Positions 41,161 to 50,423 of a stretch of 64,000 bases of DNA are shown here, piece after piece. How positions within the stretch are numbered: position 1 is the stretch's first letter; each line of letters begins with the position of its first letter. Under the pieces are notes generated by a model that searched no databases, was not told the origin of the DNA, and saw only the letters and a program-made list of their open reading frames with translations. The position numbers and the translations under genes were made by a program. Origin of the DNA: Oscillospiraceae bacterium (GTDB lineage Bacteria; Bacillota; Clostridia; Oscillospirales; UBA644); assembly GCA_902783255.1 (NCBI GenBank), contig CACZQB010000055.1:16367-80366 (forward strand), read 5' to 3'.

Positions 41161-43242
41161 TTACAAATCTATTGTTTTTACTTCCATTGCCTCAAGAGGG
41201 ATATCTCTGAAAGATTTATCCTCAAAACAGATATCCGTTTTTTGCGGCGAAGAATAAAGGTTCATTAAAAATACCGTTTTTTCGCCGTTTTCGTTTTCGA
41301 GAACGGTAGTAAAAATATGCGGATTTGAATGACATACGGTCTTTTTTGCTCCAAGCATGGCAAGGATCTCAGAAAGCATATCAACATGTGATAATTGCGA
41401 CAGTGTAAAATCGAAACCGCAGAAAACGATTTCGCCTTTTCCCGCTTTTTTGCGTATCGCAACGGGTTTTTCCGCAGTAAGCAGTATTTCTTCGCCGTTT
41501 TTCGGAACGACGGCATATTTTATATTGATCTGATGAATACGCGTTTTCAAAAAAGGCGCTGAGGCGGGAGACGCTGTGCTGAACTTTTCTGTTTTTATGT
41601 CCGCAAAGTCTTTAAGCACGGTGCAGGGGGAATATGAGTCGTCAAGAGTCGGGAAGGTTTTGAAAACGATAAGTTTTCCTCCTGCTTCAACGAACGAAAC
41701 GACGTTTCTCTGCGCTTTTTCGCAAAGAGCGTCAGCTCCGCACAGAATAAGCGGCATATCCGTATCAGGTGCGCATGATGCGATATCAAAAAGCCCGGGA
41801 GAATAAGACGACGCCAGAAGAGCGTATAAAACGCCTTTTTTCATAAAGCTTTTTGCCTGCGCCTGCGAGTTTTCGCTTTCATAACCGTATTGTGACGATC
41901 TGAAAAGCTCGCCGTCGTAACCCACACGGACAGAAATATTTCTTTCGGCAGACTGTAAACTTCTGTGTTTCTCAAGAAAAGCGCCGAATTTTTTAGCCGC
42001 GGTATATGTTTCGTTCAGCGTTCCGTCTGCGCGGATAAATGCGTTGAAATCGTAAATATCGGAAGATCCGCCCGTGTTTTTATAATTCGGTCCGCCTGTG
42101 AAAATATAATAATTCAGCCCCTTCATTCCCATGGCGGCGTTTACGAAAAAGCATGCGAGAAGGTCGTTTGAAAGCATAGGAGGAAAATCCGAAGGTGACC
42201 CGCCGGGAAGTTCAAGAACGGTTTGCGGCATTGAAAGAGAAAGAAGCTGATCGTAAGAGCAAAGCATATCAACGGCGTATTGCGGCGTAGGATTGTTCTG
42301 CTCGAAATTCAGACCGAGATTGTAATAGTGGTCGCAGCCGAGCATCAGTCCGCCGTATTTTTCAAAACGGGGCAGGATCTTTTCAAAATAGCTCGTCATA
42401 TTAAGGTTGCCGGCGTTGTGGCAAAACTTAACGTCTATCCCTTCGTTTCTGAGACATTCCGCTGTTTTTTCAAGGTATTCGCCGCACATGTCGAGGTAAA
42501 AATCAAACATATCCTTCGAGCACCTGCATGCGTATTCGTCCTTTGAATTTTTTTCAAGCGGCAGCGCATCGGCAAAAGAGCTCCATGATGTATTGTATGC
42601 CGAGTTTACGTTTTCAACTGTATTGTAACGCTCGCGCAGATATTTTGCGTATCTGCCGTTTTCATCGCCGAAGCCCCACGTCTGCGGATTGTAATCTAAC
42701 GTTCCCGCCCATATCTGGGTGCCCGTAAGCTCATTGTCAAGCTGACACATGCATACGGGTCCTCCCTGTGATGAAAGATAGGGTTTTACGACTTTTGCGA
42801 ACGCTTTAAGGTATTTTTCGGCTTTTTCAAAAAAGTGCGGATGCATATACGACGCCGAATCAAGCTTTTCGCCGTTTTGACGGCAAGCAAGTATCTCAGG
42901 GTATTTCTCGTTTATCCACGTCGGAACGCCGCCGCCTATAAGCTCGGAATAACAATACGGTCCGGGGCGGACTGTCACAGGCAGATCGAGCTTTTTGCAT
43001 ACTTCCAGAAAAGCCGCAAGATCACGTTCCGGTCTGTCTCCGAAAACTATCTCTCCTTCCGTTTCCTCATGAATGCACCACGGAACATATGTTGAAATAC
43101 AGTTTCCGCCCGCTTCCTTAAAAAGGCGCATACGCCGTTCAAAATCGTCGGACGGGACTCTGAAATAATGAAATTCGCCCGAGACAAGATATTTTTCTTT
43201 TCCGTCGATATAATACCGGCGGTTTTTTATTTCAATTTTCAT
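41161..43242 (-). CDS. GH35-family beta-galactosidase / exo-glycosidase
   Basis: SGEFHYFRVP, YVPWCIHE, RPGPY..SE..GGG.P.W, QLDNE and NYYIFTGG motifs; ATG 43242 follows GGAGG. Confidence 0.82.
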   Translation of the reverse strand: MKIEIKNRRYYIDGKEKYLVSGEFHYFRVPSDDFERRMRLFKEAGGNCISTYVPWCIHEETEGEIVFGDRPERDLAAFLEVCKKLDLPVTVRPGPYCYSELIGGGVPTWINEKYPEILACRQNGEKLDSASYMHPHFFEKAEKYLKAFAKVVKPYLSSQGGPVCMCQLDNELTGTQIWAGTLDYNPQTWGFGDENGRYAKYLRERYNTVENVNSAYNTSWSSFADALPLEKNSKDEYACRCSKDMFDFYLDMCGEYLEKTAECLRNEGIDVKFCHNAGNLNMTSYFEKILPRFEKYGGLMLGCDHYYNLGLNFEQNNPTPQYAVDMLCSYDQLLSLSMPQTVLELPGGSPSDFPPMLSNDLLACFFVNAAMGMKGLNYYIFTGGPNYKNTGGSSDIYDFNAFIRADGTLNETYTAAKKFGAFLEKHRSLQSAERNISVRVGYDGELFRSSQYGYESENSQAQAKSFMKKGVLYALLASSYSPGLFDIASCAPDTDMPLILCGADALCEKAQRNVVSFVEAGGKLIVFKTFPTLDDSYSPCTVLKDFADIKTEKFSTASPASAPFLKTRIHQINIKYAVVPKNGEEILLTAEKPVAIRKKAGKGEIVFCGFDFTLSQLSHVDMLSEILAMLGAKKTVCHSNPHIFTTVLENENGEKTVFLMNLYSSPQKTDICFEDKSFRDIPLEAMEVKTIDL

Positions 43243-44350
43243 CTGTTTTCTCCTCCGAAAAACCGGTTTCGTTGTTCTGATTTTTGTGTCTGTATTCTGC
43301 AAGCAGAAGATCTACCATTTTGCCGTAGCTTTTTACTCCGTCGGACTGTGTGTTGGCTTTGAGATAAATATCGTTTACCGTATCGGAAATATCGGCAATA
43401 ACGCCGTTGTATTTTTTCCAGTAATCGTTTTTATCCGAAATATCCTTTTTTACCGCGTCGTCAAGTTTTGCCGAAAGATCTCTGTAAGTATCGGGAGATT
43501 CGGCGTAAAGAGCGGACGACGTGTGTGCAAGGGCAAGCATTAGTCCGGAATAAACAAACTCCGGGTCACCGCTGCAAACGCAGGTAAGATACGCTATATA
43601 GTTTGCCTCGTCTTCTCTCATATGTCCTCTTACGTGCGCAAGTTCGTGGCACATCGTGGCAGGCAAAGAAACCGGCGGCGCGGCGTCGTTGACATTTGCC
43701 TCATAAGTAAACGGAAAGAAAAATCCGGTGATCTGAGTAAAAGACATCCATCCGAAAAAGTTTACTGCTTTCGGCGGACCGTAGTCGCCCGATAAAGACG
43801 GATATTTTTCGGCGAGAGCTTCAACAAATTCTTCCGCAAGCAAAGCGTTTTCTTTAAAAGAACGGTATTTCCCTCCGAATTCCGCTCTTGCGGCGTTCGT
43901 TCTCGTTACGAGATCCTCATAAAGAGCGGCAAGTACGGAAACGGACGATTTTTCGATCGTTATTCCCTCTTCTTCGGCAAAAGACTTTCTGTGATAGTTT
44001 ATTCCGCAGGTAACGCAGAAAAGAAAGAAGATTATCGAAAAAAGACAGATAAGATTTACCGCGAAAGAGAAAAGTTTTTTCAGCTTTTCGGGACGGAAAA
44101 TGATCGAAAGGATAGTAACAACAGTATAAAAAACTATAACGGCGGCAAAAACAACGATTATTATCTGCGCTATCGAAATATCGGTCATCGAAAAAAGATA
44201 ATTCAGCGCGCCGGACATAAACGGGTATACCGTTTCAGTGTATATGTCGCGAAACGTTTCGATTCGCGACGCCGCTCCCAGAATGATAAGCCCGAGCGGA
44301 AAAAGAACAATGACCCAGAGCCGCTTTATGCCGAGTGATTTATCTTTCAT
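43232..44350 (-). CDS. DUF3810-family membrane protein (HExxH zincin-like)
   Basis: Three N-terminal TMs; GINYHR, G.FFPFTYEANVN, CHELAH..G..REDEANY and G.KSY motifs. Confidence 0.82.
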   Translation of the reverse strand: MKDKSLGIKRLWVIVLFPLGLIILGAASRIETFRDIYTETVYPFMSGALNYLFSMTDISIAQIIIVVFAAVIVFYTVVTILSIIFRPEKLKKLFSFAVNLICLFSIIFFLFCVTCGINYHRKSFAEEEGITIEKSSVSVLAALYEDLVTRTNAARAEFGGKYRSFKENALLAEEFVEALAEKYPSLSGDYGPPKAVNFFGWMSFTQITGFFFPFTYEANVNDAAPPVSLPATMCHELAHVRGHMREDEANYIAYLTCVCSGDPEFVYSGLMLALAHTSSALYAESPDTYRDLSAKLDDAVKKDISDKNDYWKKYNGVIADISDTVNDIYLKANTQSDGVKSYGKMVDLLLAEYRHKNQNNETGFSEEKTDEN

Positions 44351-45104
44351 CGCCGCCGAGCTTCTTTCTTTGAGTATTGTATGCAAAATACATCTGCATA
44401 TTCTCCGGCGCCAATTTTGCAAGAGTCCTTCCCGCCTTCATTACAAAACCGGGAACGATAACTTTTTTTCTTTCAAGCATTTTATTTACGGCATATTTGG
44501 CAACATATTCCGAAGACAGGGCGGGAATGCTGAATTTAACGTTCGCAACACTGTCAAATTCTGTCGCAACCGGACCGGGGCAGAGCGCTGATACGCATAC
44601 GTGCGAGCCCTCTTTTTTCAGCTCGTAAGATACTGCTCTTGTGAGCCTGTATACATATGCTTTCGAAGCGTAATACGATGCAAAAAGAGGTCCGGGCAGA
44701 AACGCCGCAGACGACGCAACGTTGAGAATATAGCCGTAATCACGCTTTTTCATGTCGCGCAAAAACAGCTTCATAAGAATATGAAGAGCGGTTATATTCG
44801 TTGCGATCATTTCCGTTTCGCGTTCCGTATCCGTATCGCAGAATCTGCCGAAAACTCCGAATCCGGCATTGTTTATAAGAATTTCCACTTGTTTGTCTTT
44901 CACTTTTTCATAAAGCGAATAAACGTTTTCCTTTTTTGAAAGGTCGCATGTTATTATTTCAACGGGAACCGAAAGCTCTTTTTTCAGTTCCTCCATCGGT
45001 TCAAGGCGGCGGGCAACAAGAATAAGCGGTATGCCTTTTTTGGCAAGTTCTCTTGCTATATCCCTGCCTATGCCGGAACTTGCGCCGGTAATAAGAGCAG
45101 CCAT
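44340..45104 (-). CDS. Short-chain dehydrogenase/reductase (DltE-like)
   Basis: TGASSGIG, NNAGFG, YYASK and LCPGPVATEF motifs. Confidence 0.9.
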   Translation of the reverse strand: MAALITGASSGIGRDIARELAKKGIPLILVARRLEPMEELKKELSVPVEIITCDLSKKENVYSLYEKVKDKQVEILINNAGFGVFGRFCDTDTERETEMIATNITALHILMKLFLRDMKKRDYGYILNVASSAAFLPGPLFASYYASKAYVYRLTRAVSYELKKEGSHVCVSALCPGPVATEFDSVANVKFSIPALSSEYVAKYAVNKMLERKKVIVPGFVMKAGRTLAKLAPENMQMYFAYNTQRKKLGGDER

Positions 45105-45132
45105 ATTGTCCTCCTCAGTGTTTGTGTGATTT

Positions 45133-46284
45133 TTATGTGTTTGTGTGTATGAAATCCGCGATCTCTGCCGCGTTGCCGTGCAGCGTTCCCTGACAAAGCT
45201 CGGCTTTTCCGCCGCCTCTGCCTGAAAATGCGCCGCAAAGGGTTTTGTTGAGTATTCTTGAATCGGTTTTCACAGAGGATATCGCGTATCTCGTGATCCC
45301 GTCTTTATCCTGAGATAAAGCAACCGCCGCGCAGCATTTTTTTGACGCGGCAACGGCAATAAGACGAAGCGCGTCGTTATCTGCGCCGTTTTCGCAAAAA
45401 ACCGAAACGCCGTCAGTTTCCTTAATGCTTTCTGCGGTTTTTTCAGCGTATTTTTTCCATAATACGGAGTTTTCGTATCTTTTCTGAGAAAGCTCTTCAA
45501 GAAGTTTTTCCACACCGTTTGCGGCTTCCGAAGTTTTTTTTGAAAGCATTACACCGATGTGGTATAATTCGCTGTTTTTTGCCGAATAATCTTCAAGGGC
45601 GCGTTTTCCGGAAAGGATAAAAAGCCTGACGCCGCCTTTGTAATTCATATGTTCAACTACCTTGAGAAGCCCTATCTCCCCGGTATTTTCAACATGCGTG
45701 CCGCAGCAGGCGCAGATATCGACCGAAGGAATCTCCACAATGCGTATATCGCCCGAAAGCTCTTTTTTTGAACGATAGTCGATGCGTAAAAGCTCTTCTG
45801 TCGACGGAAAATAAGTTTTTATGTGTATATTCGAAAAAATAATATCGTTCGTTCTTTTTTCCGCTTCAATTATCTGCTCATCCGTCATCGGTCCGTCAAA
45901 ATCGACCGTAACAAACTCGCTGCCCATGTGAAAGCCCACATTGTTGTATCCGAGCATTTTATGGACCGTTCCCGAGAGAATATGCTCTCCCGAATGGTTC
46001 TGCATAAACGAAAACCGTCTGTCAAAATCTATTTTACCCGAAATTTCAGAGCCGTTTTCGAATCTGTCTGCGGTCTCATGATAAATAAGTCCGTCTTTTT
46101 CGAAAACGTCCGTAACGTCTTTTCCGTCAAGCGTTCCTTTGTCGCAGTCCTGCCCGCCGCCTGTCGGAAAAAACGCCGTTTTGTCAAGAACGGTCAGAAA
46201 CCGTCCGTTTTTTTCTTCGCAAAACAATACTTTTGCATTGAATTCCGAGATATACGGGCTTTCGTAATAAAGCTTTTCGGTCAT
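45133..46284 (-). CDS. Alanyl-tRNA editing protein (AlaX-like) with a DHHA1 tail
   Basis: TAFFPTGGGQ, QNHSGEH, CACCGTHV and GRGGG motifs. Confidence 0.85.
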   Translation of the reverse strand: MTEKLYYESPYISEFNAKVLFCEEKNGRFLTVLDKTAFFPTGGGQDCDKGTLDGKDVTDVFEKDGLIYHETADRFENGSEISGKIDFDRRFSFMQNHSGEHILSGTVHKMLGYNNVGFHMGSEFVTVDFDGPMTDEQIIEAEKRTNDIIFSNIHIKTYFPSTEELLRIDYRSKKELSGDIRIVEIPSVDICACCGTHVENTGEIGLLKVVEHMNYKGGVRLFILSGKRALEDYSAKNSELYHIGVMLSKKTSEAANGVEKLLEELSQKRYENSVLWKKYAEKTAESIKETDGVSVFCENGADNDALRLIAVAASKKCCAAVALSQDKDGITRYAISSVKTDSRILNKTLCGAFSGRGGGKAELCQGTLHGNAAEIADFIHTNT

Positions 46285-48302
46285 ATGAATTTCACCGTTT
46301 TATATTCGGATTCAAATTTTTCGCCGTCCGTTTTTTCGATCGTGCCTTCTGTTTTGCCGTTTTTGCGGGTGAAAGACATTTCAAAAAGCGCGTATTCGCC
46401 TTTTTCAAAATCGAATGTTTCTCCGTCGTCATCGTAAACAAAGCCTTTGCCTTCGTTTCCGTAGCAGCGAACGGTAAGAACGCCGTTTTCGTATGTGGGT
46501 ATCATTGCGCCGCCCTTTACAAAAAGCGGTATTTTATCGAGTTCGCATTCGATTTCCAACGTTTCTCCGTTGCCCGCGTATTCTCCCGTATAATAGTTAT
46601 ACCAGTCGCATGGAGGCAGAGTTACTTTCCGCGATTTTTCGCCCGGTCTTACAGGGCATACCATTATGCTGTCGCCTGCCATATACTGATCGTAAATATC
46701 AAAAAGCCTGAGCGTTTCATACGGACTCTCGGTGTGGTCAAGCTCCGATGTTTTTTGCGACGATGTTCCCGAAAAATCAAGACACATTGCGCGGAAAGGC
46801 GGTATGCCTTTTTTGGAATACGTGTAAAAGGCGTTGTAAAGATACGGAAGAAGAGATTTGCGGAAACGGATAGTGTTTCTCACAATATCTTCGACTTCTT
46901 CAAATTTCCACGGTTTTACGCCGTTTGCCCACGCATTGAGCATAAGCATGGGCGAAAAAACGCACATCTGAAATCTCCGTACCCATTCTTCAGCAGTATT
47001 TGCGTCACGGACTTCGGGCACCCAGAGACAGCCCGTAAAGGACGATGAGGCAAGTCCCGTGAGATACTGCTCAAACGAGTAACAGTCGTTATAAATGCAA
47101 AACGGCATCATAGACGAGCCTGCCGCAGATGCGCGAACAAGACCGTATGTTCGTTTGTTTTCTTTTCTGAAAACGTTGTAAATGTTTTTCTGCGCAAGAA
47201 TGCCCAGAGTGTTGCGGACCGCCGCCGCACTCCTTCCGGAAGGGAACGATGCGTGATCGGGGAAAAGCCATTCGTCATAGCCGTCGCATTCGTCTATCTT
47301 GTATCCCGAAACCCCTATGTCTATATGGTCTTTTTTATGCTGTTTTGCAATTATATCACGCGCTTTTTCAAGCGTGAAATCCGGCACTATGCCGTTCCAT
47401 ACCTTATGCGAGCCGCAATACGGTTTTATCTCGGCAAAGATCCCCGCTTTTTTCGAAACAAAAAGGTTTTCCCAGAGATTTATGCGGATATTCTTTTTTT
47501 GCATGGACGACAGAAATCTTTGCGGATCGGGAAAACGCTCCTTATCCCATTCGAACGTGCAGGGATACGAGTTTGAGTGCCAGCCCGGTTCAAGACCGAT
47601 AACGTCGAGATCGAAATTCTTTTCTTCAAAAAGCTTTATCTCGTTTTCCACGTCGTTTTCGTCAAAACGCGTATGAGTTCTGTGCCAGAAGCCGAGCCCC
47701 CATTTAGGCACAACGGCGCCGCCGCCGCAAAGCAGATTGAATTTTGCAACAGCCTCAAGCATGTTTTTGCCCGCAAAAACGTAAATATCCGCATCGCCTT
47801 CAAACGATGCCTCAACAAATTCCGAAGGCGTATCGGCAGACCAGTCGCCTCTGCCTCTGTTCTGCTCCTTCGGCGGATTTTTCGCGTCCGCTCTGACGGA
47901 GCCGCCCATGTAGAACGAAATGAATTCGGGCGTATCTATAAAAACGCCGTAGCCCGCGTCCGAAAGATAAAACGGAGTAGGAACGTGCGTTCTTCCGTTG
48001 TCGCTGCCGCCGTAATGGTCGCAGCGCAGATGGATAACGGAATAGTTCGTGGCAAGTCCGCGAAAGCGAAGCCCCGGTCCGTAATGGCGTTCCGAAAGTT
48101 TTCTCGGAATGCACACGACAGTTTTATTTCTTACTTTTTCGGTAAAAACGCCTTCAAAAGGCATTGGCATATCGTCAAAAGCGGCGCTTATTCCGTCAAG
48201 TTTTTTTTCGTTGCCCACAAGAGATAAAACACTGTCAGTGTTTTTTCCGGTGGAAGATCTGTAAACGCCCGGGGCGATTTTTGTAAAAGAAATACTGTTC
48301 AT
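46281..48302 (-). CDS. GH31-family glycosidase
   Basis: PKWGLGFW, LEPGW, WDKERFPDP, GYKIDECD, LLPYLY, DQYM.GD..MV.P and YDDDGET motifs. Confidence 0.85.
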   Translation of the reverse strand: MNSISFTKIAPGVYRSSTGKNTDSVLSLVGNEKKLDGISAAFDDMPMPFEGVFTEKVRNKTVVCIPRKLSERHYGPGLRFRGLATNYSVIHLRCDHYGGSDNGRTHVPTPFYLSDAGYGVFIDTPEFISFYMGGSVRADAKNPPKEQNRGRGDWSADTPSEFVEASFEGDADIYVFAGKNMLEAVAKFNLLCGGGAVVPKWGLGFWHRTHTRFDENDVENEIKLFEEKNFDLDVIGLEPGWHSNSYPCTFEWDKERFPDPQRFLSSMQKKNIRINLWENLFVSKKAGIFAEIKPYCGSHKVWNGIVPDFTLEKARDIIAKQHKKDHIDIGVSGYKIDECDGYDEWLFPDHASFPSGRSAAAVRNTLGILAQKNIYNVFRKENKRTYGLVRASAAGSSMMPFCIYNDCYSFEQYLTGLASSSFTGCLWVPEVRDANTAEEWVRRFQMCVFSPMLMLNAWANGVKPWKFEEVEDIVRNTIRFRKSLLPYLYNAFYTYSKKGIPPFRAMCLDFSGTSSQKTSELDHTESPYETLRLFDIYDQYMAGDSIMVCPVRPGEKSRKVTLPPCDWYNYYTGEYAGNGETLEIECELDKIPLFVKGGAMIPTYENGVLTVRCYGNEGKGFVYDDDGETFDFEKGEYALFEMSFTRKNGKTEGTIEKTDGEKFESEYKTVKFI

Positions 48303-48315
48303 ATCTGTCTCCGTT

Positions 48316-48345
48316 AAAAAAACAGCCGGTGTAAATCACCGGCTA
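48316..48345 (-). terminator. Terminator after fbaA
   Basis: AGCCGGTG / CACCGGCT stem followed on the minus strand by a T tract. Confidence 0.65.
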
Positions 48346-48360
48346 TTTCGATTTCTGTAA

Positions 48361-49389
48361 TCAGTAAAGAGTTTTACCGGAAGAATGGAGGTCGTTGCAG
48401 GCTTCAACTACGCGTGCAGAAACGCCTGCTTCCGCTTTCTTGAGGTAAGAGCGCGGGTCGTAAACTTTCTTTACGCCTACTTCGCCGTCGATCTTGAGAA
48501 CGCCGTCGTAATTCTTGAAGAAATGATCGGCTACGGGGCGTGAGAATGCATACTGGGTATCGGTATCAACGTTCATTTTTATAACGCCGTACTGAAGTGT
48601 CTCTTCGATATCTTCTTTCGGAGAGCCCGAACCGCCGTGGAAGACGAGAAGATAGTGTGCGTCGTTTCCGTATTTTGCTTTGAGCGCATCCTGACCGATT
48701 TTGAGTATCTTCGGGTTAAGCTTTACGTTGCCGGGTTTATATACGCCGTGAACATTGCCGAATGTGGCTGCGAGAGTGAAAAATCCGTTCTTTACCTGAC
48801 CGAGGGTTTCGTAAACAAGAAGCATGTCTTCGGGTGTGGTGTAGAGTTTTTCTCTCGGCGCGCCTTCGGTATTTACGCCGTCTTCTTCTCCGCCTACAAC
48901 GCCTGCCTCAACTTCGAGAACTATCTCGTTTTTTGCGCAGCGTTCGAGAATTTCCTTCGCAATTTTAACGTTTTCCTTGTGGGGAAGCGCGGAACCATCG
49001 AACATATGGCTGTTAAAGAGGTTGGGCTGGCCGTTTGCTCTGCGGCGCTCTGTTTCGGCAATAAGAGGATTGAGGAACGTTTCTATTTTATCAGCCTGGC
49101 AGTGGTCTGTGTGAAGAGCAACGAAAATATTGTATTTTTCGGCTACTCTGCGTGCGTGTTCGGCAAGAGTGATTGCGCCGAGGACCATATCTTTTACGGC
49201 CTGACCGGAAGCGTGCTGAGCTCCGCCTGTTGAGATCTGAATGATACCGTCGCTTTTAGCTTCGGCAAGTCCGGCAAGAACGCCGTTTATAGACTCCATT
49301 GAAAATACGTTGATCGCGGGAAGCGCGTAATGGTTTTTATACGCGGTTTCCATCATTTTGCAGTATGTTTTGTAATCCGCTACGGGCAT
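48361..49389 (-). CDS. fbaA: Class II fructose-bisphosphate aldolase (long, type A)
   Basis: LHTDHC, FNSHMFDGS, GVVGGEEDG, FGNVHGVYKPGNV, FHGGSG and KMNVDTDTQ motifs. Confidence 0.93.
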   Translation of the reverse strand: MPVADYKTYCKMMETAYKNHYALPAINVFSMESINGVLAGLAEAKSDGIIQISTGGAQHASGQAVKDMVLGAITLAEHARRVAEKYNIFVALHTDHCQADKIETFLNPLIAETERRRANGQPNLFNSHMFDGSALPHKENVKIAKEILERCAKNEIVLEVEAGVVGGEEDGVNTEGAPREKLYTTPEDMLLVYETLGQVKNGFFTLAATFGNVHGVYKPGNVKLNPKILKIGQDALKAKYGNDAHYLLVFHGGSGSPKEDIEETLQYGVIKMNVDTDTQYAFSRPVADHFFKNYDGVLKIDGEVGVKKVYDPRSYLKKAEAGVSARVVEACNDLHSSGKTLY

Positions 49390-49425
49390 TGGTATGTATC
49401 TCCTTTAAATATATTTCTTTAGTTA

Positions 49426-49454
49426 ATTATACATCAAAAAAAACATGTAGTCAA
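49426..49454 (-). promoter_or_regulatory. SigmaA promoter of fbaA
   Basis: Minus strand TTGACT-17 bp-TATAAT. Confidence 0.65.
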
Positions 49455-49588
49455 GCCTTGAAAACGCTATATTTTGACAATTTTTCAAAGTTTCGGCATT
49501 TTGTTTTTCCGACACCTTTATATAGGTTGCTTTTTCGGTGACATTCTGCTATAATACAGGGGTAACAACCGACAAAAGGAGAATTGCC

Positions 49589-50119
49589 ATGACAGATTTT
49601 ATTGCCGTAAAACCGGAAGATGTCGAATACAACGTTTTCGAAAACAACGTTTTCAAAGCCATCGGCGACGACTGGATGCTCATAACCGCAGGCGACGAAA
49701 ACGGATATAACACCATGACGGCAAGCTGGGGCGGTATGGGTGTTTTATGGAACGATCCCGTGTCCTTCATATTCGTGCGCCCTCAGAGATATACCTATAA
49801 CTTTACCGAAAAGCACGGAAAATATACTCTGTCGTTTTTTGACGAAAAATACCGTGATGCGCTGACATTTTGCGGCTCGCATTCGGGCAGAGATCATGAC
49901 AAGGCAAAGGAAGCGGGCCTTACGCCTGTTTTTGAAGACGGTTATACTTATTTTGCGGAGGCGTCACTCGTGATTTTCTGCGAAAAAAAATACGCCGACG
50001 ACCTTAAAGGAGAAAATTTTACCGATAAAAGCATTATAGGCAAATGCTATCCGTCTTCGGATTTTCACAGAATGTATATCGGAAAGATAACAAAATGCAT
50101 AAAAAAGCAGTCCGACTGA
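49589..50119 (+). CDS. Flavin reductase-like (flavoredoxin) protein
   Basis: WMLITAG, NTMTASWGG, VRPQRYT, CGSHSGRDHDK and H.MYIGKI motifs; ATG follows AGGAG. Confidence 0.85.
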   Translation: MTDFIAVKPEDVEYNVFENNVFKAIGDDWMLITAGDENGYNTMTASWGGMGVLWNDPVSFIFVRPQRYTYNFTEKHGKYTLSFFDEKYRDALTFCGSHSGRDHDKAKEAGLTPVFEDGYTYFAEASLVIFCEKKYADDLKGENFTDKSIIGKCYPSSDFHRMYIGKITKCIKKQSD

Positions 50120-50138
50120 AAATTTCGAAAAAAAACGC

Positions 50139-50167
50139 TTGACAAACGTTTTTTTTGGGATTATAAT
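50139..50167 (+). promoter_or_regulatory. SigmaA promoter of mgtE
   Basis: Perfect TTGACA-17 bp-TATAAT, about 250 nt upstream of the start codon. Confidence 0.8.
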
Positions 50168-50173
50168 AAAAAA

Positions 50174-50358
50174 GACCTTAAGGTCGCAATAATTATTTGA
50201 AGAGGTGAGATTGCATGGACGCGGGAAGTAGTTCCGCAGGCACTGTTCCCCGAAGTAGACAGACCCGCAGACGCATAACTGCGCGTCCGTGCGGTCTGTA
50301 TAAATAAGAGACGTTTTATCGGATATCATACGATATCCGCATAAGGTGTCGTCTTTTT
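50174..50358 (+). promoter_or_regulatory. Structured 5' leader / attenuator of mgtE (candidate Mg2+-responsive element)
   Basis: 16-bp helix 50208-50223/50282-50297; terminator-like hairpin 50310-50350 plus U tract; SD-led 30-codon uORF at 50215-50307. Confidence 0.6.
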
Positions 50359-50423
50359 CGGGGTTTACGTGTCATTACTTCCATAAAAAAAGCATAGAAA
50401 TATGCAAAAAAGAGGAGGATAAT

